Positions 20,609 through 28,868 of a DNA stretch of 64,000 nt are shown piece by piece. Both the position numbers and the translations under genes were made by a program. The notes beneath the pieces are model-generated. The model was not told the DNA's origin. It was given only the letters and a program-made list of their open reading frames with translations, and ran no database searches. This stretch comes from an uncultured Verrucomicrobiae bacterium. GTDB lineage: Bacteria; Verrucomicrobiota; Verrucomicrobiia; Limisphaerales; JAFGQR01. The stretch covers positions 74,271 through 138,270 of the forward strand of contig CAWBHS010000099.1 in assembly GCA_963788655.1 (NCBI GenBank), written 5' to 3'. The first letter of the stretch is position 1, and each line of letters opens with the position of its first letter.

Positions 20609-21868
20609 ATGCCACGTCATTGGACAGAGCGACGGGTGGTCGTGACCGGTTTGGGCACTGTCACGCCCCTCGGTAACCATATCAACGACTTGTGGGCCAA
20701 TCTGCTCGCCGGCCACTCCGGCATCGGGCGCATCACGCGGTTTGATCCGACAGAGTATGACACCCAAATTGCCGCCGAAGTGAAGGATTTCACTCCGGGC
20801 GATTCCTTTCCTTCCCCCAAAGATGCCCGGCGCGCCGATCGCTACGCACTCTACGCCGTCAATGCCGCTTACCAAGCCCTCCAGGATTCGGGCATGAATC
20901 TTGACGCTTTGAATCGGGATGAGATCGGCGTCTTCGTCGGTTCGGGCATTGGCGGACTGCGCACCACGGAAGAACAACACTTGGTCTTGTTGAATAAAGG
21001 ACCGGGTCGCATGTCACCGTTCGTCATTCCCATGCTCATTCTGAACATGGCCTCCGGCCTGATCTCGATGTTCTACAAACTGCGCGGCCCCAACCTCGCC
21101 ACCTGCACCGCCTGCGCCACCGCCTCCCACGCTTTGGGCGAAGCCTGGCGGACCATCGTCATGGGAGACGCCCAAGTCATGCTGGCCGGGGGCAGCGAAG
21201 CCACCGTCACCGAATTCGGGATCGGCGGCTTCTGTGCCATGAAAGCCATGAGCACGCGCAATGACGAACCGGAAAAGGCTTCGCGGCCATTCGACATCGA
21301 CCGCGATGGCTTCGTCATGGGTGAAGGTGCTGGCGTGCTCGTCCTTGAGGAACTGGAGCATGCCAAAGCCCGGAGCGCAAAAATCTATTGTGAACTGACC
21401 GGCTACGGCAATTCAGCCGACGCCAATCACATGACCGCGCCCGATCCGGAAGGTGATGGCGCCGCGCGCTGCATGCAGATGGCACTGCGCAATGCCCGGC
21501 TGAATCCGGAGGACATTCAATACATCAACGCTCACGGCACCTCGACCCCGCTCGGCGACGTGGCCGAAAGCAGGGCCGTCAAACGGGTCTTCGGACCGCA
21601 CGCATCCAAGGTGGCGGTCAGTTCCACCAAGAGTGCCACAGGGCACATGTTGGGCGCCGCCGGGGCAGTTGAAATGGCCATTTGCTGCAAGGTCATTGAA
21701 AACCAAGTGGTACCGCCCACGCTGAATCTTGATCATCCCGATCCGGAGTGCGATTTGGATTACGTTCCCCATACGGCTCGGGAAACCAAAGTAAACGCCG
21801 TCATCAATAACTCGTTCGGCTTCGGCGGCCACAATGCCAGTCTGGTGGTCAAGAAGTTTGTGGGGTAA
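20609..21868 (+). CDS. fabF: Beta-ketoacyl-ACP synthase II
   Basis: RRVVVTGLG, TACAT (catalytic Cys), INAHGTST, TGHMLGAAG, NSFGFGGHN. Confidence 0.97.
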   Translation: MPRHWTERRVVVTGLGTVTPLGNHINDLWANLLAGHSGIGRITRFDPTEYDTQIAAEVKDFTPGDSFPSPKDARRADRYALYAVNAAYQALQDSGMNLDALNRDEIGVFVGSGIGGLRTTEEQHLVLLNKGPGRMSPFVIPMLILNMASGLISMFYKLRGPNLATCTACATASHALGEAWRTIVMGDAQVMLAGGSEATVTEFGIGGFCAMKAMSTRNDEPEKASRPFDIDRDGFVMGEGAGVLVLEELEHAKARSAKIYCELTGYGNSADANHMTAPDPEGDGAARCMQMALRNARLNPEDIQYINAHGTSTPLGDVAESRAVKRVFGPHASKVAVSSTKSATGHMLGAAGAVEMAICCKVIENQVVPPTLNLDHPDPECDLDYVPHTARETKVNAVINNSFGFGGHNASLVVKKFVG

Positions 21869-21878
21869 TGGCGGGCGC

Positions 21879-22121
21879 CAACGTGCTGCCGGCGTCTCGC
21901 CGGCAGAAACGAGTACGGCGGGTGCGCTCGAAACTGCAAACACCGTTCGGTGGATTTTCCCCGTTTGATCTGCCGGCAGGATGCCGGCAGCACGTTGGGC
22001 AAATGTGCTGCCGGCGTCTCGCCGGCAGAAACGGGTACGGCGGGTGCGCTCGAGACTGCAACTACCGTTCGTTGGGGTTTTCCCCGTTCGATCTGCCGGC
22101 AGGATGCCGGCAGCACGTTGG
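21879..22121. repeat. Tandem doublet of an about 122-bp REPIN/BIME-like unit (family A)
   Basis: Two near-identical units of GTGCTGCCGGCGTCTCGCCGGCAG - spacer - CTGCCGGCAGGATGCCGGCAGCACGTTGG. Confidence 0.9.
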
Positions 22122-22142
22122 CGGTAGCTGCGGTGGCATATT

Positions 22143-23447
22143 ATGAACTTCCTTTCCCTCATTGAATCGAAACGTGATGGAAGGTGTCTTTCGCCCGAGG
22201 CCATCCAATTCCTCGTCCGCGAATTCGTTGCCGGCCACGTGCCGGATTACCAAATGGCTGCCTTGCTGATGGCGGTCTTTTTTCGCGGGCTGGATGCGGG
22301 TGAAACCCGGACACTTACGCTGGCCATGCGCGACTCCGGCGATGGGCTCCACTTTCCGGACGACCCACGTCCGCTCGTGGACAAACACTCCACCGGGGGC
22401 GTGGGTGACAAGGTATCGTTGCCGTTAGCACCTTTGCTGGCTTGCCTGGGATTTCGCGTACCCATGATTTCCGGTCGCGGCCTCGGTATTACTGGCGGCA
22501 CGTTGGACAAATTGGAATCGATTCCCGGCTTTCGCACCGCGTTGACGGCCGAACAAATCGTGGCGCAAGTTCAGCAAGTCGGCGTCGTGATTTGCGGCCA
22601 GACGGATCGTATGGTGCCGGCGGATAAAATGCTTTACGCCTTGCGCGACGTGACCGGCACGGTGCCCTCCATCCCGCTCATCACCGCTTCCATTCTGTCC
22701 AAGAAATTGGCCGAAGGTTTGGCGGCGCTGGTGCTGGATGTCAAATTCGGTTCGGCCGCCTTCATGCGGACCCGTGAACAAGCGCGTGAACTGGCCCAGG
22801 CCATGGTGCGTCTGGGCGTGGAGTGCGGCGTCAAGGTGCGGGCGTTGCTGACGGAGATGAATATCCCCCTCGGCCGAGCCGCGGGCAACTGGCTGGAAGT
22901 CAAAGAATCGGTGGCCTGCCTCGAAGGGAATGGACCTGAGGATCTGCGCGAGTTGGTCATCGAATGCGCCGCTCAACTGCTGGTGCAAACCCAGCGCGTC
23001 GGCGATTTGGCAGCCGCCCGAAGTCAGGCGAACCAATGCCTGCTATCTGGCGAACCCCGTCGCAAATGGGACGAGATGCTCGCCGCTCAAGGCGCAGATT
23101 TGGATGGCTTTTACCGGCAACTGCAACCGGACCACACTGCGCCTGTGGTCGTCGAATTGAGGGCCACGCGACCTGGTTATCTCGTTGGTTGCGATGCCCG
23201 AACGATTGGCGAAGTCATCCGCGACTTGGGCGCGGGGCGGTTAACCAAAGACACGATTCTCAATCACGAGGTCGGACTCGACGCCATGGCCAAACCGGGC
23301 GACACCATTTCCGAGGGCGATTGGTTGGCCCGGGTACATGCGGCGGACTCGCGCCAGGCCGAACAGGCGCGGCAACGGCTCATCAAGGCGTTTGTGATTG
23401 CGGAGACAGAGCCATCCCTGCCCCCGCTGATTGCCGAAGTCTTGTGA
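22143..23447 (+). CDS. pdp: Thymidine/pyrimidine-nucleoside phosphorylase
   Basis: DKHSTGGVGDK, SGRGLGITGGTLDKLESIPG, ASILSKKLAEG. Confidence 0.93.
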   Translation: MNFLSLIESKRDGRCLSPEAIQFLVREFVAGHVPDYQMAALLMAVFFRGLDAGETRTLTLAMRDSGDGLHFPDDPRPLVDKHSTGGVGDKVSLPLAPLLACLGFRVPMISGRGLGITGGTLDKLESIPGFRTALTAEQIVAQVQQVGVVICGQTDRMVPADKMLYALRDVTGTVPSIPLITASILSKKLAEGLAALVLDVKFGSAAFMRTREQARELAQAMVRLGVECGVKVRALLTEMNIPLGRAAGNWLEVKESVACLEGNGPEDLRELVIECAAQLLVQTQRVGDLAAARSQANQCLLSGEPRRKWDEMLAAQGADLDGFYRQLQPDHTAPVVVELRATRPGYLVGCDARTIGEVIRDLGAGRLTKDTILNHEVGLDAMAKPGDTISEGDWLARVHAADSRQAEQARQRLIKAFVIAETEPSLPPLIAEVL

Positions 23448-23604
23448 ATTGCCGAAATCGGTGGGTGCGCGGGAGTCAGAGCCAGGGTAGTAGCAAAAGC
23501 GGGAATCGGAGCGAGGCGTGCGCCGGCGGAAGGTTGGAAGGCCGGAAGGTTGCCAAATGGCAGATTCCGCTTAAACTCTTCAACGAATCACGCTGCAACC
23601 AACC

Positions 23605-24075
23605 ATGAGCGAACCCTATCAGGAAATCGTGCAGGGGGAGACCCTGCTCCGGCTGGCGCCCGGCGCGCGGCATGAAATGATCTGTGCCCGCCTGCACGAG
23701 CGGATGGCCATGTGTGTGGCCCGGTCGGCCACCATGCGTTTGCTGTCGCCCCGCAGCATTGTCGAGCTGGCGACCGGCACCTTGGTGCGTCCCGATCTGG
23801 CCCTGATGGCGACGGCGACCAACAAAGCCTGGCTGATTGCCGAGATTATCGATTCCAGTGATCACAGCACGGACACCGTCACGAAGAAATCGCTGTACGA
23901 AGATTTGCGAATGCCGCGCTTATGGATGGTGGATCCACGTTACGACAACGTGGAAGTGTATCACGGCACCCAATACGGTTTGGCGTTGCGGGAGGTGTTG
24001 GCCGGAAGGGATCTCTTGCAGGAACGCCTCGTTGCTGGCTTTGAGTTTTCCATCGCCGAACTGTTTTCTGATTAG
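23605..24075 (+). CDS. Uma2 family PD-(D/E)xK endonuclease-like protein
   Basis: EIVQG...P..RH, VRPDLAL, LIAEII, KKSLY...LWMVDP. Confidence 0.85.
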   Translation: MSEPYQEIVQGETLLRLAPGARHEMICARLHERMAMCVARSATMRLLSPRSIVELATGTLVRPDLALMATATNKAWLIAEIIDSSDHSTDTVTKKSLYEDLRMPRLWMVDPRYDNVEVYHGTQYGLALREVLAGRDLLQERLVAGFEFSIAELFSD

Positions 24076-24076
24076 C

Positions 24077-24624
24077 GGCAACGTGCTGCCGGGCGCGCAG
24101 AAACGAAGGAGCACTCACGGTCGAATGCGTGGGGGCTTTGAATCAATACAGAGCATTTAACAAAGACCGGTTGGGAATGACCAATGACCAACAACCAATG
24201 ACCAGAGAATTCCCAATCTCCAAGGACCAATGCATTAACCGTGCGTGATCGCCGCAAGATTGGGTCTTGGTATTTGGACTTTCTCTGGGTCTTGGCCTTG
24301 GTCATTAGTCATTATTTGTAGCCTATCCGGAGCTACTCCAGTTTCCAAGGTTTCTGATGCGCTCAACGCACTTGGCGAATTCGCAGGGGTGTCTTCCTTT
24401 GCTCTGCTGGCGTCCCGCCGGCAGACGCATGCAACGGCGCGTATGATTGTGGTTGGACGTCACGCTGGCATTATGCCCAACAATCAAACCCCAAGCACAG
24501 TTGCGATCCGCGACTCTCAGGCATTGGGGATTGGTCATTCTCTGGTCATTGAGCATTGGTCATTGGGCATTGATTCGGAGCCTTCGTTCCAAATCTGCCG
24601 GCAAGATGCCGGCAGCACGTTGCC
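24077..24624. repeat. Nested composite repeat: family A REP pair enclosing heptamer arrays and an extra REP
   Basis: Terminal IR GGCAACGTGCTGCCGG/CCGGCAGCACGTTGCC. Heptamer arrays at about 24177-24315 and 24520-24572; internal REP at about 24402-24425. Confidence 0.75.
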
Positions 24625-24629
24625 AGCAG

Positions 24630-25544
24630 TTATTGCTTGGTGAGAAATTGCTGGACCTCGCGCCATTTTGGAATGCCGGCTTGGCCGCCGCGCCGGGTCG
24701 CTTTGAGGGCGGCCGCCGCGGAAGCAATGCGAATTCGTTCAACCAGGGGAAGCCCGAGTGCCAGCGCCGCCGCGTAAGCTCCATGGAAGACGTCGCCGCA
24801 GCCGGTTGTGTCCACCGCCTTCACACCAAATGCCGGCTGGTGGACTGCCTTGGGTTGATGCTCGTCCCGAAACCAACAGCCGCGAACTCCACACGTCACC
24901 ACGACAGTTTGCCGTGATGGCGACCACAGCTTGCTCACCGCCGCGGCCGGCGTCCGGGTGCGGGTCAACTTGCACGCGAATTCCTCGGCCAGAATCAAAT
25001 GATCCGGGAGGGCGAACAATTGCTTAAAGCCAAGCCAGTCACAGTTTTCGAAATCCGCCACCACGGCGATTCCCGCGGCGCGAGCAACGCGGGCGGCGCG
25101 GATCATTCCCGGCACCCCGAACCGGTCCACCAACAGGACACGAGTGGATTGCAGTACGGATCGCGCGGGCCGTCGCGGATGGGCTCCAATCGTATCCTGG
25201 GTGTCGTAGAAGATATTCCGCGTCTGGCGGGTTTCATCCACGACAATGAACGAGCGGCACGGCTTGGCGGCGGATTGATGGACCAGATGCCGTACGTCTA
25301 TTTCCTCAAGTTGCAGACAGTCCACGACGAAACGGGAATCTTCGTCATCACCCAGAGTGCCGGCATAAGCGCAGTGGGCTCCCAGACGCGCCGCCGCCAC
25401 CAAGGCCGTGGCCGTCAAGCCGCCACATTGCTTTTCCCGCCGCAGGACTGGTTGTTTGGTGTCGGCAGGAGGGTAGGCGGCCACATACAATAAATCATCC
25501 ACCGCCGTGCAACCCAAACCCAGCACGTCAAATCGGATTTTCAT
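24630..25544 (-). CDS. PfkB family carbohydrate kinase
   Basis: GGLTATALVAAARLG and VDTTGCGDVFHGAY. Confidence 0.93.
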   Translation of the reverse strand: MKIRFDVLGLGCTAVDDLLYVAAYPPADTKQPVLRREKQCGGLTATALVAAARLGAHCAYAGTLGDDEDSRFVVDCLQLEEIDVRHLVHQSAAKPCRSFIVVDETRQTRNIFYDTQDTIGAHPRRPARSVLQSTRVLLVDRFGVPGMIRAARVARAAGIAVVADFENCDWLGFKQLFALPDHLILAEEFACKLTRTRTPAAAVSKLWSPSRQTVVVTCGVRGCWFRDEHQPKAVHQPAFGVKAVDTTGCGDVFHGAYAAALALGLPLVERIRIASAAAALKATRRGGQAGIPKWREVQQFLTKQ

Positions 25545-25603
25545 GGCGGGAATTTAAGGAATTGGAGCGCAGACTCAAGCGCGGCTGTCCGGAGGATGGT
25601 GTG

Positions 25604-25717
25604 GCCAGCAGCGTGCCGCCGGCAGAAACGAACGAAAGATCAGTGTTCGATTTTGAGCACCGTGGGAGAGCGGACGTTCCGTTCCAATCTGCCGGCAGGA
25701 TGCCGGCAGCACGCTGG
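25604..25717. repeat. Family A REPIN-like unit
   Basis: GCCGGCAGAAACG - spacer - ATCTGCCGGCAGGATGCCGGCAGCACG. Confidence 0.75.
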
Positions 25718-25788
25718 GGCGGCAAAATGCACTACCGCAGATACCTTGACCCCTCCGGTCTCAGTGCCTAGTATGCCACGATTCTGAC

Positions 25789-26904
25789 ATGAGAATATTG
25801 GTTTTGATTTGTTTGGCCGCGATGTTGATGCCCTTTTCTGCCGCTGCGGAAAAGACGGTGGCGAGCATGATTCTGGCCGTTGTGAATGATTCGGTGATCA
25901 CTTACAACGAAGTGAAGATGAATGCCTTGGCGAGTCTGGAGAGCGTACGGCGGAATTATTGGAACCAGCCCAGTGTCGCCGAGCAAAAATCGCGCACGGT
26001 GATGGAGGAAAGTCTGGAAAGCCTCGTGGACCAGCAGCTCATCCTGCACGACTACCAAACGTCCGGCTTGCAGTTTCCCGAAGCGGTGATCGAGGACGAA
26101 ATCAAGCGCCGCATTCGTGAGCGGTATGGCGACCGGGCCAACTTGACCAAGGAATTGCAGGCCAAAGGTATGAATTTCGAAGAATACCGCAAACGCCTGC
26201 GCGAAGAATTCATCACCGCAGCGATGCGCCAGCGGAACGTCTCGACGGCGTTGATTATTTCCCCGGCCAAGATCGAACGGTATTACCGGGAAAACGTCAC
26301 CAATTATGCGGTGGGTGATGAGGTTAAAATCCGCATGTTGGTCCGCAACGTGCCGGAGGCGGAGGCGGCGCCCGAGGTCCGGAATCTCATGCTCGAGATC
26401 ATCCGGAAAATTGAAACCGGGGCTTCGTTCAGCGAGATGGCGGCGGTGTACTCGGAAGGTTCGCAGCGGGTGGAAGGCGGTGATTGGGGCTGGCGCGAGC
26501 GGTCCTTTCTCGAGAAAGGGCTTTCGGATATTGCGTTCAGCCTCGAACCGGGTCAACGCAGTGCGCTGATCGGCTATCGGCACGACAGCGACGACGATTA
26601 TTCAGTGATCCAATACGACGCGAAGGGCAACACCCAGTGGGTGCGGCGGTATGGGCGCAGCGTTAAAGGCGCTAAAATGACGTTGTTGCACGAAACCAAG
26701 TTCGATCCTCCCAAGGCGGATGGAGGTTTGGAACCGCAGTATTATTATTTGATGAAGGTCGAAGACAAACGAACCGCCCACACTCAGAACTTGACCGAGG
26801 TGCAAGATGAAATTGAAAAGGAACTCCTCCGCAAAGAATCGGAGCGGTTGCGGAAGAAGTGGCTGAACCGGCTGCGGGCCAAATCGTTTGTGCGCTACTT
26901 CTGA
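25789..26904 (+). CDS. surA: SurA-like chaperone / parvulin PPIase
   Basis: Signal peptide, ILAVVNDSVITY, FSEMAAVYSE...GGDWGW, WLNRLRAKSFV. Directly upstream of pdxA. Confidence 0.8.
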   Translation: MRILVLICLAAMLMPFSAAAEKTVASMILAVVNDSVITYNEVKMNALASLESVRRNYWNQPSVAEQKSRTVMEESLESLVDQQLILHDYQTSGLQFPEAVIEDEIKRRIRERYGDRANLTKELQAKGMNFEEYRKRLREEFITAAMRQRNVSTALIISPAKIERYYRENVTNYAVGDEVKIRMLVRNVPEAEAAPEVRNLMLEIIRKIETGASFSEMAAVYSEGSQRVEGGDWGWRERSFLEKGLSDIAFSLEPGQRSALIGYRHDSDDDYSVIQYDAKGNTQWVRRYGRSVKGAKMTLLHETKFDPPKADGGLEPQYYYLMKVEDKRTAHTQNLTEVQDEIEKELLRKESERLRKKWLNRLRAKSFVRYF

Positions 26905-26982
26905 GGGGTTGGGAACCATGCCCGTCCACGGAACTGTTGTTCTACCAACTTCGGGAGCCGCTCCTCTTTGAGTCAGGTTTTT

Positions 26983-27978
26983 ATGGCCAAACTCTTTGCC
27001 ATTGCTGCGGGTGACCCGACGGGCATCGGACCGGAAATTGCCTTGAAAGCCCTGGCCCAGGAATGGGACGCCGACGCCGACCGTTACGTGCTGATTGGCG
27101 ATGAGCACCTCCTCTTGAATTTGAACCGGGCGCTCGGATTGAACCTGCCCATGCAGCGGGAGGAAGAAGCCACGGTGGCAGGACGACTGACAATTTGCTC
27201 TCCGGGCGCCGCCTTGCCGGATGTCGCGTCGCTGACGCCCGGGCATCCCACGGCAGCGCGGGCGGCGGTGACCTGGTTGCGAGAGGGTGCCCAGCGATGC
27301 CTGCGGCAGGATGCGGCGGCATTGGTAACGGCGCCCGTGAACAAAGCTGCCATTATCCGCAGTGGCCAACCGTTCGTGGGGCAAACGGAGTATCTGTCCG
27401 AATTGGCGGGAACGGATCAGACCATCATGATGCTGTTGGGAACCGACGCGCAGGGCCGCTGGCTTCGGGTGGCGCTCGCCACCACGCACGTGCCCATCAA
27501 GTTGCTGGCCGAACGGCTTGAACGGGACAAAGTCCAACTGGCCATTGAACTGGCTGCCCGCGCCTGCCGGCAACTGGGTTTGGAACGACAACGCATAGCG
27601 GTCTGTGGACTGAATCCCCATGCGGGGGAAAGCGGGGAATTAGGCACGGAAGAGCAAGCGCTCATTACGCCGGCCATTCGCCGGGCGCAGCGTCAGGGCT
27701 TGGACGTGGTCGGACCGCTGGCGGCCGATACGCTGTTCCACTACGCCTATCGGGGCGACTTCGACGCGGTGGTGGCGATGTACCACGACCAGGGCCTCGC
27801 TCCGTTGAAGATGGTGGCGTTCGATACGGGCGTGAACTGGACGCTGGGCTTGCCGTTCATCCGCACCTCACCGGATCACGGCACGGCCTACGATCGGGCG
27901 GGTAAAGGTGTCGCCAACCCGGCGAGCATGGTGTCCGCCCTGCGTCTGGCGAAACAATTGGCGCGCGGTCAATCCTAG
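26983..27978 (+). CDS. pdxA: 4-hydroxythreonine-4-phosphate dehydrogenase
   Basis: GDPTGIGPEI, TAPVNK, GLNPHAGE, AMYHDQGL, RTSPDHGTAYD. Confidence 0.96.
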   Translation: MAKLFAIAAGDPTGIGPEIALKALAQEWDADADRYVLIGDEHLLLNLNRALGLNLPMQREEEATVAGRLTICSPGAALPDVASLTPGHPTAARAAVTWLREGAQRCLRQDAAALVTAPVNKAAIIRSGQPFVGQTEYLSELAGTDQTIMMLLGTDAQGRWLRVALATTHVPIKLLAERLERDKVQLAIELAARACRQLGLERQRIAVCGLNPHAGESGELGTEEQALITPAIRRAQRQGLDVVGPLAADTLFHYAYRGDFDAVVAMYHDQGLAPLKMVAFDTGVNWTLGLPFIRTSPDHGTAYDRAGKGVANPASMVSALRLAKQLARGQS

Positions 27979-28005
27979 GACGGGAGTCGCTGGACTACTG
28001 CCAGG

Positions 28006-28095
28006 TTCTCATTCTTGCTCTTACTCTTGCTCTTGCTTTTGCTCTTTTTGGGGAGGCTTAAAGATTAAGAGTAAGCGCAAGAGCAAGCGCATGAA
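28006..28095. repeat. Hexamer inverted array (CTCTTG)n...(CAAGAG)n between convergent genes
   Basis: ttcttgctcttactcttgctcttg versus aagagtaagcgcaagagcaag. Possible bidirectional terminator. Confidence 0.7.
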
Positions 28096-28154
28096 CAGTT
28101 GCACAATCAACCCTCACGTCCGCTGCGGCGAGTGTTGATGTGTCGCCAAGAGTG

Positions 28155-28868
28155 TCAGCTTGGGGCCTGAGCCCAGCGGATCGCATATTGAACCAGGTTG
28201 GCGCTGTCCCGCAGGCTGAGTTTCTGTTTGATGTTCTCGCGATGGGTTTGCACCGTTTTCGGACTCAAGTGCAGCGTCTCGGCGATTTGCGCGGTGCGGA
28301 GTCCCTGGCCGATCAAGGCAAAAATTTCAAACTCGCGATCAGTCAATTCCAGAATCGGGGAAGTCTTGTGGTGCCGCTGCTCGGGGGTGACCATGCGGTG
28401 CAGCAATTGATCGGTCATGGCGTCGCTCAGGTAGCTTTTTCCCTCCAGAACTTGCCGGATGGCGACCAGCAGTTTGCGCGGCGTCTCGTGTTTCATGATG
28501 TAGCCCCTGGCACCTGCCCGTAGCGCGCGTTCGGCATACACCGTTTCGTCATGCATCGAATGAACCAGGACCAGCAACTCGGGAAAACGGATCTTCAGAT
28601 CCTTGATTAACTCGATTCCATTTTGGCCGGCCAGGGAAATATCGACCACCGCGAGGTCGGGCTTGGAACTCTCCGCGGCCGCGAGTGCCTCCCGGATGGT
28701 AGCGGCCTGCCCGCAAACCATCAGGTCCGGTTCGCGCTCCAACACCGAGGTCAAGCCTTCCCGCATGGTGGGGTGGTCATCAACCACCAGAATGCGGGCC
28801 TTCTTAGGTTGGGCACTGGTGGGTCTTTTCGAGGCCGCCCTTTTGGGAACTGCTTTATTGCTGGTCAT
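28155..28868 (-). CDS. NarL/LuxR family response regulator
   Basis: ILVVDDHP, VVDISL, GARGYIMK, LTDREFEIF...LSPKTVQTHRENIKQKL. ATGA overlap with the kinase. Confidence 0.95.
   Translation of the reverse strand: MTSNKAVPKRAASKRPTSAQPKKARILVVDDHPTMREGLTSVLEREPDLMVCGQAATIREALAAAESSKPDLAVVDISLAGQNGIELIKDLKIRFPELLVLVHSMHDETVYAERALRAGARGYIMKHETPRKLLVAIRQVLEGKSYLSDAMTDQLLHRMVTPEQRHHKTSPILELTDREFEIFALIGQGLRTAQIAETLHLSPKTVQTHRENIKQKLSLRDSANLVQYAIRWAQAPS

Noticed and set aside
21879..22121. Possible CRISPR array
   Set aside because: The spacers are near-identical to each other, the repeats alternate in orientation, and there are no cas genes. It is a REP/BIME doublet.
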